A stretch of 64,000 nt of DNA from Tubiluchus corallicola. Taxonomy: Eukaryota; Animalia; Priapulida. Shown here one piece after another: positions 1 to 12,909 of the stretch (the first letter of the stretch is position 1; each line of letters begins with the position of its first letter). Location: contig JAQGDQ010000283.1 of the NCBI GenBank assembly GCA_030141605.1, positions 124,001 through 188,000 of the forward strand, in the 5' to 3' direction. Below the pieces are notes generated by a model, which saw only the letters and a list, made by a program, of their open reading frames with translations, made no database searches and was not told the origin of the DNA. The position numbers and the translations under genes were made by a program.

Positions 1-520
1 AAGAGCAAAGTTTTAAAAATAGCAGAAAAATAACAGGTTGTAAATAACGCATGTTTTATTATAATCATTTTTTTTACTTCAGTAATTTTTTTTGAAAAAT
101 TATTAGCATTTGAGGTCTGTTTCAATTTATTGGATTGTTTAAGTAGCTTTATTTATTACTATATTATTATTAATATTACTGTTACTATTACATATTATAC
201 AGTACTGGTATTTTTTGGTATAGCATAGGCCCTATAACAGTTTAATTTATTAATAGGAAAAAAGAATGCAATGTTTAAAATGTCAGGGAGTAAAGAACTT
301 GTAAATAATGTGTCATTTATATCCCCAAGTTATTTTGGTATTTTTTATGAGATATCAGTAGCACTTGAAACGAGCCCTTGAAAATTTGTTTGAATAGAGT
401 AGATTCTTTAAGTAGCAGAGTTTATTACTAAATTATGGACTGGTCCCCCTATTTTTCAGTGAAAGCATAATTAGGAATCCATACTGGCCTATTCCAAACG
501 CTGATCATTGTTATGGCTAC

Positions 521-3500
521 TTAGTTTTTATCCGACTGAGTATTGTTGCAAATAATAATTTATATAGGTCTGCGTACTCTAAACATGGAAAAGGTATATT
601 GTAAGGGGGTACACCATTTTGTCCTCCAATTGACCAGCCTATCATGCGCTCATCTATTCCATCTTCTCCCGGTACTGCTGTAGACTTAAAACATCTATAA
701 TGTGAGCAAACAAAAGCAAACAATGAAATTCGTCAGAACTAAATTAAAAAAGCAGGACCTACTTTTCACAACAAAGGCTCAGCCTAATGAACTTAAACTA
801 CAGCTAAGTCTTGTTAAAAGGTTGACATTATAACCACTATACATGTGAACCTATATTAATACTACTACCAGTATGTAGTAAAGTCTGTAATTAGGCCACT
901 AAATGTTGTATACTACCAGTATGTAGTAAAGTCTGTAATTAGGCCACTAAATGTTGTATACTAGAATTTATGAAATTGAAATTCTTGTCATTAAAAATTG
1001 TTGTTATTGTGATACGTACTACTTTAGCACAAACAATAAATGTTATCTATGTAACCTAAATACTACGCGTCGTTACTACTGCGGTACCTACCCGCATACA
1101 GTGAATTCTGAAAACTGTTTTCGTTTCTGCAAGATAGATCCTTTGAGTTCAGCGCGAGTGAAATTCCTTCCATTGAAGCAAAGATCATACACATGAGGAT
1201 CTATTTTGGCGCAAGGCTCCCCTAAAAGGTAGCCAGACGAGTTGGTTTTTTTATATAAGAAAGACAGCTTAAAAAGTACTATTTGGTTATATGATAGCAT
1301 GATTTGTGATATAAAAACGAGATGTAAAATTAAAACGAAACACCCTGATTGGTTTTTGGAGACTATTTTTGTAACTGAGAGTAAGGGTGAAACTTAAATA
1401 TAAATCTGACATACTTGACGATATTTCCACGCTAGTTCGACAAGCAAGTTTAAATTTCGTGCGTAATAAATACTTGTTTTAGATTGCTAACCTGCAAGCG
1501 TGGGCCTCTTTCGGCGACCGTGCGGCTTCCTGATAATTCGCAGATGCTTTCTCTTTGAACCATTTGCCTAAAATGTATAATAATAGTAAAATAAATGAAT
1601 GAGATTAGCTATTTGATTAAATTCATACGCCTACTGCAATTGAAAAATTGTGAACTTCAACAATTGCGAGTATGCAATTAGAGAACTTTGTACATGGAGT
1701 ACTATAAACGGTCAAAATCACTGATATACATTCAGTGACTTTAACTGATTCTTACATGCGAATCGTGAATTTGACTTAAAGGTCATTCATTGTGAAAGAA
1801 TCCGTAGTTACCGAATGGTCGGTTACTCCTGTCCAAAGTATGCCTAAGGCTTTCCGGAACAAAGACTTTTATAGTTAATAAATTTGAATTGTACGCTGCG
1901 CAAATGTTAAACAGGCCTTAAAACTTTTTGCATAATGATCTACATTAATTAATGTTAATGTGTTTCATATTCTGTAAACTCAATAGTCATTCCACATTTT
2001 AATGTAATATGACTCCAACAGGAAACAAAATGTATGAGAAATTTAAAACTTGCTGGATGACTTTTCTTGCAACGGACCAGGTGCTGAGGCGGTACCTGCT
2101 GAACCAGTGAACCTCTGCAAGCTATACTACTTGCAGGTGTTAGCATGCGAACCATTGAACCTCTGCAAGCTATACTACTTGCAGGTGTTAGCATGCGAAC
2201 CATTGAACCTCTGCAAGCCATACTACTTGCATGTGTCAGCATGGGTAATAGACAGAACCATTGCAATATAGAATGTGGCCTAAAAAACTGGCTTCAATAA
2301 ATTGCTCCCTTCTACAGAAAACGGTTTGTCCCAAATCAGCATGAAGCACACATTACATAAGTGGTAGTATGCAGCTGACATCATCTCTCAACAATCACAG
2401 ATTATAAAATCGATATTTGTGTTCCTCAACGTCCTTTACCGGCCCTACTTTATTCCCACTTTACCAAAGATCTGTGACACTCTATGCTCTCTACGCTCGC
2501 CTTCTATGCTAAGTGTACTACTCTGTGCAATATTTATCATCCTGTCCCGTTTGACAGCTCCTGGCTAGAAACACTTTACTCGCTTATGAAAATTATCGAA
2601 CGTGGAAGCAGTCAATTTACTAGCGTAGAAACAACAATTTTTAAATTTTCGTCAATAGCTGCTAAATTTAAACGCGTGCCAGAATTTTGTCATTTTATTG
2701 TATAACAAATGTTCACCAAAATGGTGATTAACCCCAGCTTTACTCTGCATGATTTAAATTAGGAACCGAAACGAATAACTAGGTCGTCCGAGTAAAAGTT
2801 TAACTACTATCGAATGAGTTACAATAGTATAGGACTTCGTGCGACAATTAATTATTGATAATCTTAATATCAAAACTATTACTAATAAAACTAAATCACA
2901 ATTAATTAAATTTCGAAACCAAACTTGAAAAATGGGTAATGTGAAAAAGCTGCAACGCAGCCGGGATTTCAACTTACAAGGCAGAAACCATAAGCCGCAA
3001 CGTAGTTTATAGTGTTCCCCAGCCATTATGACACTCCAAATTTCATCCTGGCCAGCCAGTTCATCATTTCCAACATTAGAGCACTCGCGCTGGATTTATT
3101 GTAATAAATCAAATTAATTTTTATTTTATTTTTTATTTTATTTTATTAATCTGTTGAACCTGACAGTCCCATCGATAATATAATTAATTAATTATAAAGT
3201 TAACATCAAAATTATTATTGATGATGGTACAAGCCCCCAATTATTTAAATTTGCAAACCAAATTTGAAAACACGAAATGTGAAAAAATTAGAGCGTACAA
3301 GGCAGACGCCATGAACCGCTAGACTACCGTGTATTATGGACTTTTGTGATCGTTTGAGAAGCCGGTAATCTAGTGGCTTATGGCATCTGTCTTGTAGACA
3401 AAAGGTCTCTTTTTCAATTCCAATCCAAGCTGTGTTCCAGCTTTTTCACATTTCCTGTGTTTTCAAGTTTGATTTCATAATTTTGGTTTTGTATCAGCTT

Positions 3501-3682
3501 CATGTGACAAATCTTGATTTCAAGTCTAAACTCTGCTCGAATTACTTAATTTACGCGTTCCGGAGAAAAGGTGGAAACTCAGGTTAGAGATCTGTAGGTG
3601 TCTGGGAGATCCAAGTAAGTTGAAACAAGCTTACCAGATTGAGAAATAAACACATTAGGACTAGCAACACTAGTATCTTCAT
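521..3682 (-). CDS. Secreted pentraxin-like protein, paralog C (partial; 3' exons lie beyond the left window edge)
   Basis: Phase-consistent exons: 3682-3635 (MKILVLLVLMCLFLNL, donor gtaagc), 1567-1492 (ANGSKRKHLRIIRKPHGRRKRPTLA), 1221-1092 (EPCAKIDPHVYDLCFNGRNFTRAELKGSILQKRKQFSEFTVCG) and 694-521 or 694-578 (CFKSTAVPGEDG...; donor ambiguous). The last two align with exons 2 and 3 of paralogs A/B (DIWFMG..ELIGSMLKKRGRFSRYTVCG|CYKATVEPGKD). A probable 5' UTR exon ends at 3814. Confidence 0.72.
863..963. repeat. Perfect 48-bp tandem duplication (intronic)
   Basis: tactaccagtatgtagtaaagtctgtaattaggccactaaatgttgta at 863-910 and 911-958. Confidence 0.9.
2109..2242. repeat. 48-bp tandem repeat, about 2.8 copies, each with an internal hairpin
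   Basis: Unit gaacctctgcaagctatactacttgcaggtgttagcatgcgaaccatt starts at 2109, 2157 and 2205; ctgcaag/cttgcag are inverted within each unit. Confidence 0.9.
2900..3485. mobile_element. Degenerate foldback/MITE-like element with a partial direct copy
   Basis: 3245-3330 is an imperfect inverted repeat of 3363-3485 (gtacaaggcagacgccatgaaccgctagactaccg versus cggtaatctagtggcttatggcatctgtcttgtag); 2900-3005 is a diverged direct copy of the left arm. Confidence 0.55.
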
Positions 3683-4725
3683 TGCTTGGTTACCTGAAAT
3701 TACCGTAATAATACTTAATGCGTTTAATACATCAACATCCATAGGATCTATTATTCCGCCTTTAATATATGTTTTTGCTATCTTCAATTTTGTATTTTAA
3801 GATTTGATAATACCTGCATATATAAACTTCCTCGCAGCTGAAGTGAGTGCGGTGGCACTCAGTTAATTAAATCAATTGATCTATTAATCACAAATAATCA
3901 GTTTTTCAAAACCAGTCAAAAATGCTAAAAAATATATACGTTTTCCAAAGATAAAGAACTAATAACGGCTTACTTCAAATTGGCTGAGTGCTTTCGTTTC
4001 GTAGAACACGACCTTAACGACTTTCAAGAAGTAATCTGTCCACTTATTTAAGAAGTCCTATCCCTTTTCTCTCCGACACTTACTCTTGATCAACTGTGCA
4101 TCGAAACTGACAGACTGAGGCGCTTGTCGCTCGTTTTGGTTAATTGGTAAAAGCATATATACTATAACGCAAATTTATTCGTGTTTAATATTCTAGGGCA
4201 AAGTTCCGCACACGTAAAGTTATAAATGAGGCTTGAAACGTGATAAAAATTTTAAAAATATACTACAAGAATAAAGTTTTGTAATAAAAATCGCCCTAGT
4301 TCGCTCATAGGTGTATGACCCAATGACCAGAAACATTGTCCTATATTTGCTTAAATTTATATAAATGTTAGTATAATTTAGTATTTGCGTTTTGTTTGAC
4401 ATGCTTGTGAAAAGTTGTTGTTACATTTAGATCTCTAAGAAAAATTAACGATGAACTAAGTCGACAGTAAGCTATGTAGACAATAAGTAGACTACACATT
4501 CTATAAAGCTGCTCCGCTTATTTTATACTATACAGTGTCATGTTAGCAAAAATATAAAATAAATAAATGCAGCATAAAATTGTGTACGCTTTGCAATGTT
4601 TTAAGAAAACATGTAACCAAGGCTGAAACACTCTTTCATCTCCAATGATGCTTCTTCTTCGTTTTCTTCTGTACATGTAATCAACTAGGAGTTCCTCACG
4701 CGATTTTCCTTGATTTCTTTCTGAC

Positions 4726-4762
4726 TATCTCTCTCTCTTTCGCTCTCTCTTCTTCTTCTCTT

Positions 4763-4820
<58 letters not shown>

Positions 4821-4822
4821 TT
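4726..4822. repeat. (CT)n microsatellite
   Basis: Direct inspection. Confidence 0.95.
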
Positions 4823-4918
4823 CCCCTCCCTCCTTTTCAAACAGAATAAGAAAACGCGCCATTCCCACGTATTCCCACAACACTAGGCCACTGGTGCAAG
4901 CAATATTAATTCAGTTAG

Positions 4919-5142
4919 TTATTACATTATAAGTTAGCATATTTACCATTACATTATGCGTTTCTGTAGTGTCACAATACACGTAAAACCTCGGGTCATT
5001 ACAGTATGCATTTTCGAGGTCTTACATTGCGCGTTATTTTTTACTACATTATCGGTTAGTTATTACACTATGAGTTCATTTGTTATTACATTATTCGCTC
5101 GTTTTTCTTTATTAACAATATTGTGCGTTTATTACATTATCA
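4919..5142. repeat. Degenerate minisatellite with ttattacattat core, period about 20-28 bp
   Basis: Recurring (t)attaca(t/c)ta(t) motif about 9 times. Confidence 0.6.
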
Positions 5143-7643
5143 GTTGCAAAAAGGCTTCTTTCCGAAAACTGTTTCCCTGCTAATTGCAATCACACTTCAA
5201 GAAAAAAATACCTCCTATCATTAACTAGGCTTAACTAATTATAAAACTTCTAGTTGTGCATGTGATTATGTTCTTGTGCCAGTAGCACCTAAACTTATAT
5301 GGCGCGTGATTTGTATAAGCAACGAGTATTTACGCAAACCATCAAAGACCTATAATTGTTTATTTCAAAATGGCGCGAAATGTTACGTTATTTTGACAAT
5401 TTGTCCATTTTATACATTTGCGAATAAAGCTCCTGCCGTCGTCTGTGAACAGAGTAAGTAAAAGTGAATTTCATACTTTTTGCTAGATTTGGAAAATCAA
5501 CCAAGTCTGCCTAATTGAAACAGTTTAAAAATCAACATTCAAACAATAAATGAATGCTCAACCAAGTTTTTTTATTGAACCAGTACCATTCACTAAAACC
5601 ATTATATATAATAACAGAAACTTATTGCGAATATGTAGTTCCTGATGATTACACAGCTAGTAAGTAATAAACTATTGGATTACGTAATTATGTAATTTAT
5701 TACCAAGCCAACACCAAATAAACAGGCTGAATGAATGGTCAAGTTTAGACTACATGCTACAGTGTTATAGTCCTATAAAAAGCCCGACATTCTAATAATG
5801 TATTTTCATAATGCCATTGTTTGTAGTTCATGAATTAGCAAATGCCACATACAGGAACATTTAAGACAACAAAACTGCTACACAGTAGATAAATATCATA
5901 AAACAAAATGAAATGAATTCTGCAGTAAGCAGTAGAAGCTAGATTCTGGGAATCATTCCGGATATTTATACTTACTTGTAACTGCGAGCCTTGCATATGA
6001 AATCTAGTAAACGATAAAACGAAGTCACGGGTTATTATTTACTGCCTCCAGCCATGAAATAGCATCTGACGAGTGCTCGTAAAACCAAAGTTCATAATCA
6101 GTAATATGTCCAGATATGTTCCCAAATTACCTTTTCGTTGTTCTGCTAATTAATCTAAATTTTCCTGACCAATTGGTCCATACGTTAAACCCACCCTCTT
6201 TCTTCATTTACCAGCTCCCATCTGCAGAGTATGTAGTTACAAGCAAGTATAAAATGTGGAATTAATCCTTCCATTTGTTAACTTCACAGCTTTGCCACAT
6301 TTGAAGTATTTACTGGTCGACTCAGAATGCTTCGTTTTTTCATTACATTCATCTATTGTATAAATGTTGCGTTATATTAAGAATTATTATAGTGTTACCA
6401 AAGGCATCTAGCAGTAATCAGACGTAATCAGAAAAGCGACCAGGACAGCAGCCATTCGCCTGTGGAAACGCTGAAGCAATCGTGCGCGGTCTTCTCTTTG
6501 GACACCTCCAACATGTCGTCAAAAGAACATCGTTTTTAATAAGCTTTCTATACCAGTGTACCAGCTAACTTTTACACTAATTGAACCCGGCCCAGACGTG
6601 ACCAGACCTCTGGACCTTAAGGCCAACTAATTTAAATTTTCTTGCGATTTGCTGTAAAATTGTTTCGAACTGTCAATTAATTTTGCCAGATTAATTTTTT
6701 CTGCTTACCTTCTTGTAATAAACTTAATGCATTTTTATAATAATTTTATAATATTTTTCCAAATAAGTAAGCGTTATACATCTTCCGGATTACAGTTGTG
6801 TAGGCGTTATGCGACTTTCACCAGCAGCACTACAAACTTTTTACATATGATACGCACCTTCTCGAATCCTTGCAATAAGCGTTATGCAAAAATTCAACTT
6901 GACATTTTTATAAGAATTGTAATACTCGGAATTTTAAAAATAAAAGGGCTTTCTTTCGTTTGCGTATTCCATGCTGGTTCGAGGACGAACTACACAGTAA
7001 AGGGTAGAGTTAAGATAGCAAAATGCCATTTATTTTCATGCCTCCAATCTCCATATTTTGACAATTCGATCCATTACAAAGCCATTATATAGCAGCTATA
7101 AGTAGCTTGTATGGAATGGCCTCGTCGGTTCAAATGACTGACGGACAAGTTTGACTAACACGACAACACTTGTTCCGCAGAACTAGCATGGAACACATTA
7201 GATTCTGGCAAGTTTATTTTACAAAAATTCTGTATGTATCGACAACATTACAACATTTAACATCGACAAAATCGTGAACTACTTACGCAACATTTGGCAT
7301 ATATAAAATAAAGGAAGCAATTTTGGATATCAGATATTAAACTCATACTTTTGATAGAACTGCAACAAGTGTACTCTATAGCCACCTATCTAGTACTGCA
7401 AATACTGACAACGACTGTAGCAGCCATTTTATGAATTTACTATTGCCATTATAGACATACCTAAATTGTGATTTTAACACACTCAAGTCGCTGCAGTTGT
7501 TTGCTACCATCGCTGCGATGTCACTATACTACCATACATGTTACAGCAAAAATAGCGTTGTGCATTACAATCATAAAAAACGTTTAAATACAGCTTACGC
7601 ACTTAAATAAAACCGTACTATTAAATAAATTATTATTGAGGAA

Positions 7644-10600
7644 TTATTTATCACCATTATCAGCATCATCGTCACCATCTTTATCATTAGTATCATTATC
7701 GTCGTCATCATCATCATCATTACTATCATTATCATCATAACCATCGTCGTCGTCATCATCATCATCGTCGTCGTCCTCGTCATCAATTGAGATTCCGTTC
7801 AGGATTGATTGTCGTGTCATGCTGTATACTTCATTGTACTTGAGCCGGTCGTAGTACGCAATAGTATCAGTCGGTTTTATTGAGAGTAACTGCAACACAA
7901 ATAACGAGTTTGATTACTAGTCTGGAGAGCAAAGCATTGTGTCGCTCACTTATTGATTATTTTTCTACTTAACTGTCTGTGTATGTAACTTAGAACGTCA
8001 TTTATCATTGCCATGGAATGTATTCTTAATAACAATTTGCTGCGCGTTCAGACTAGCGAGTTTTCTCGCAAAGAGATCTTGTCAAGTAACTCTCAAGTGT
8101 GTCGAGACTAAAGAGCAAAAGTCAACCGAGAGTAACTCGCCGAGGCGTTCACACTAGCTCGCAGGAAATCAATTCGCAGTAACCTTTCGGAGAGTTTATG
8201 ATAACTTGCTGACGAATAACTCGCAAAGCAATTCACCCTTGTAAGTTTCCTGTCAGAGAAAAACTCGCGACAGAAAGCTCGCTAGTTTGAAAACACTGTA
8301 AGAAGTAACTCGATTTTAATCCTAACGAAAATCAGGGGTAGAATACAAGAAGCTGGTTAAGAACTGATTATACGAACATTGAGAACGAGACTGGCGACAT
8401 AGACCTCTTTGCGGAGTTACTTTGCAAGCGAGTAACCCAAAAACCGAAAACACTAATAAACACTCCGGGTCTTTTGATTAAATAAAGTACAAACATATAC
8501 TCAAAAGATGATAACTAATATAGCAATGATATCATATAGAAATATGGTGTAAGCTAGCGCGTTAAACTTACGTCTCCACGAAGCATTGTTCCTGCGTCAT
8601 CCCAGCTGATAATATCCCCATCCTTGTGGTCGCACGTCGTGCAGTGTTCAAGAAGTTTCCTCTCATTCATAATTCCTTCGTACATATTAAAGCCAGTTCC
8701 AAATCCTTTAAAACCCGCATTACGTTGTGTGGAGGGATCAAAGACGCCACCAAGAGATCCAAATACTTCATCATTTGCCACATTTGATAAATCAAGCGGT
8801 CCTTGCCTGGAATCCGTTGGTACGTCCATCTTCATGGTATATCCACCATACTGAAAGTCATTGAATCTTAAGCTGAACATCGTGTAAATCTCAGTGCTTA
8901 TCCAAAAAATTAATGATTCCTTTTCTAAATGTCGGGCAATGCAAGTAATACAGAATTATATCTTCTTCAGCTTTTTCTATTTTTAAAACCACTATATAAA
9001 TTTCATATTGTTAACAGTAATATTTGTAACCTAAAACTAAGATCAGCATGAGTACTGAACAGGGGCTACATAGAAGTTATGATTAATACACACATAGATT
9101 TACTATCTACTTAATACCTTAAGAGTTAACAAAAAATATCATTACAAGTAGCGACAGGATAAATTTATATGTGTATAATTAAAAGCAAAATATCAGTAGC
9201 TAATATTAAAAAAAACAAATGTTAATTTTTTTTTATTGTTCGAATAAAACACAAGTTTGTTAGCTTACAAAAGCTGACGTCATTGTTCTAACAACTGGCC
9301 GTTGTTGTACACCCCATAAATAAATCGCCATTTTACCTTTAGGATCCGCTGATATAATTTTAACTGAAACTTTTTCTTCTAACCTGGCTTAAAACAAGGT
9401 AGTGTACTTAGTCCTGATTTGTTTTAAATTTTCGTTAACGATTTCGGTGATATTTATACGTTAGCTTGTGATCCTGTTAAATTAGCCAAGGAAAAATTTA
9501 ACAGTTTATTATATGCAGATGATATTGTACTCGTTTCCAGTAGTAAAATGATCTACAGATGTGTTTAGAAAAACTCGTTTCTTATTTTGGTAAATGGGCT
9601 CTAACTGGTAATTTAACTTAAACCGAAATAATTATTTTTGACAAGTCAAGCAAAATCCGAAAGCACGATTATCGAAATGAGTCAAAAATACAAACACATT
9701 GGAATTGATTTTTATACATCAAAAATTTCCAGCAATACACTGACATTGAGTAATAAAGGCCGTCTTTGCAACAATAGGAAAACTTTCGCAATATGATATG
9801 CTCGTAGATTTGGCCATCAAAATACATAACTGCACCGTTAGGTCCATTATCACATATGGAACCGATGTTTGGGGCCCTCTAGCTGCTTTCAATACTGAAA
9901 ATTAATTTATTTATGACACTCTCGAAACAGTTCTTGAAAACTTAAAAACGAACGTTTCAGTTAAAATTTTGCAAACAGATGTTACATGTACACTAAAAAA
10001 CTGTGAGAGCAGAAATGGGCATGTACCTTATACATTTGTCTTTGATGTGAATTTAGTTATAAGCTATTGGTTACATATACTGAGAGCACCCAACGATAGT
10101 GTCATTTACAGCGTATATTAGGCTGTAAACAAAATGATAACCAAAATGTGTGCAACTGGGTCTCTTTTGTTAGGAAGATTTTGTATAAACTAGAGTTTCA
10201 ACACATCTGGGAAAATGTAGGCACATTCATTGTTCGTTCATAGATTTGCTCATCGATTAATAAGAAACTACATGATTGATATAAAATTCATGATGATAGC
10301 AGCGATTAGGGGGTAATAAACTCCGAATCTACAGGCTTTCTAACAAACTCCGAATCTAATGGCCTTTTAAAACTGTATGTTGGAAAAATATTTGCATATG
10401 CGTAATAAACCAATTCCTAGCGAACGCACAACCGCGAATGTACTCTAGATTCAGAATATAGTGCGCATAAATTGTATATCAAGAGGTGCAGGTGTCACAA
10501 AACAAAAATACCTGCTCATCAAAATGTGCAGGACAGTGAAGTGGAGAATTAATTTTTTTAGTATGATATGTCCTGCTTATTAAAACGAAAGAAGAGCTTC

Positions 10601-12845
10601 ATTTAAAAATATGTAAAAATGTTTTCTTTTGTTGCAAACATGCCTGTAAGTGAACAGTTTGTCTTTAATAACGGCAATAACCACTAAACAATATGGCGAT
10701 GAGAACTTTAACAATAAATTTCATGTATGAGATCAGCAAAAAAGAGAACAGAAATACGATAACATAATTATGTTTACTACATACTACATTAATAGTTTTT
10801 TTACACTATGACGTGTTCTACTGTAAAAAATATATTTCAGGTTTGACAACTATGTGATAATGTGAGTGGTGCTACCTCTTGTCAAATTAGGCAATTCTAC
10901 CCCGGTTCGTTCAGTCAACATGACAAGAACGAGTTAAGACACCGCGTGGCTTCTGATCTACGCCCAGATTTCAACGTTTAACTAAGAAGAGAATCACTAA
11001 TGAAAATGTTAAAAAGCCATATTGTTGAGATATTTCGCGTGAACTTCGCCCATCGTCAATCAAGATAGTTCCACAACCTATAAAGCAAAAATAAATTCAT
11101 ACAACTTTATTTTTGCTTTATAGCTTATGGATCATTCTTGGCCGATCATAGGCGAAGTTTGCTCGAAACGTGTCAATAAAAAGGATTGTTGTTGTCATTT
11201 TTCTTAATTAAATTAGATTTCTAACAAATCGAAGTTTATTTTAATATTTATTCAAAAACGTATGAATGGTTTTGTTTTAAGATCGCTTTCACGAACAATT
11301 GCAGGTTTATGCGGTATTCATCAAACTTCGTAACTTAAGAACACTTGGTAAATGACTATTAAGAATTTTCGCACAAGCTTAGTTTTTAATGCTTTTTCTT
11401 GCGAATATTATTAAGAACCTAATGATAAATCGGACCTCTGAAATATGAACCACTCCTGTCTTCCTCCCTCGATTCTCTCCCTCCTCTCTCTATCCTTTCA
11501 TTCAACTCCTATCCCTCTCCTCTCCTATCCTTTCATTCTTTGTTAGCTCTTCTTCGCTAGGCTTGAATAAAGTTGTCCAGCTCGACATATGGCCATCAAG
11601 CCTTACCATGGCGGATACTTGGCAGCCGCGTGACTTGATTACAAAGAAAATTCTAAATACTGTTGAAATACTAACCTGTGCACCACAGTCAACATAAGCT
11701 GCGAACGTCAGTTTTCTTCTTTTCAACTTGTAGGTGGAACAAATGTTGTGCCAGTGCCCATCACATAAACCTTCATCTGACTTATTCCATGCGCCAGGTG
11801 GTTCGATGCTCAGTCTGAGTTATAAAATTATTGTAAATATTGTAATATGTCACTAACATTCCAGATTTGCTCATTTTTCTGTGGAGAGAGAAAAAGATGG
11901 AATCATAAAAAACAAGAAAGAGGAGCAGTGAACAGGGCAAAACAGGGGAAATTAACGCAAGGAAGCAGTCAAGAAAATAATGGGAGGACCAGAGAGAGAG
12001 CGGAGAGAGAGACAGAGAGGAGAGAAAGAGAGAGAAAGAGAAGAAGAGGAGAGGAGAACAGAAGAAAAGAGTGGAGAGAGGGGACAGAAAAAAGAAAAAA
12101 AGACAGAAAGGAGACTAAAGGTGGGAGGGCAAGAGATGATGGAAATATTGAAGAAGAGACGGGGAAAAGATAGCCCTCTTCTTTCGACAACTAGATTTTA
12201 TTATTGCTTGCATAAATGGTAGCCAGGTTGAAAAATATTTTAATGAGAGAACCACACCAAACTTCTAGAGTTCTAGTAGTGATTCGAGCGCAACTAGACC
12301 GACTAAATGATTAGATAAATACCTGTATTTATCTAGAGCTGTCTTTCCACAGGCAACGTAATCATACTTGCCAGTTTCATTTTTAAAATAAAAGGCCATC
12401 ATGACGTCACCAACCGAAGAATCTTTTCCTGGTTCGACTGTTGCCTTGTAGCACCTGCGCAAAGGGATAACTGAGTCTTATTAAGAAATCGCTACAATTA
12501 CATACCTTGCAATAAAATATTATTCAGGCATTAGACGTAAGCCACAATGTGGATCAGTCCTCAGTTCCGACATTCCGAGGCTTTCATTGAAACAGCGTCC
12601 TCTGTCTGACATTCACTATTGTTAATCTTGTCAAAAATCCAAAAATCAACAGGTCCTGAGTTTGACCTATACTTTACCCCTATGCAACATCTAAATTTCT
12701 AAGAGTGTTGCAGGGTTGAGAACAGCGACAACAGATAGACAGACAGAGAGAAAGACAGTCACACAAACGCACAGACAGAACGAATTGCGACTATAATCGG
12801 ATTTCGACTTTAAATATTTAAACTTTTTATTGTTGTTTTTATTGC

Positions 12846-12909
<64 letters not shown>

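Noticed and set aside
2109-2242. CRISPR-like array (palindromic repeats)
   Set aside because: Units are contiguous with no unique spacers, no cas genes, eukaryotic intron context.
6110-6240. Exon-like segment (ctgcag...AAG|gtaatt) downstream of paralog A
   Set aside because: Stops in all three frames, and the donor is not conserved in copy B.
8851-8945. Upstream extension of pentraxin exon 5 (ORF-track starts at 8880 and 25209)
   Set aside because: Paralog B has an in-frame TAG in the extension; the tttcag acceptor at 8851/25159 fits the required phase 0.
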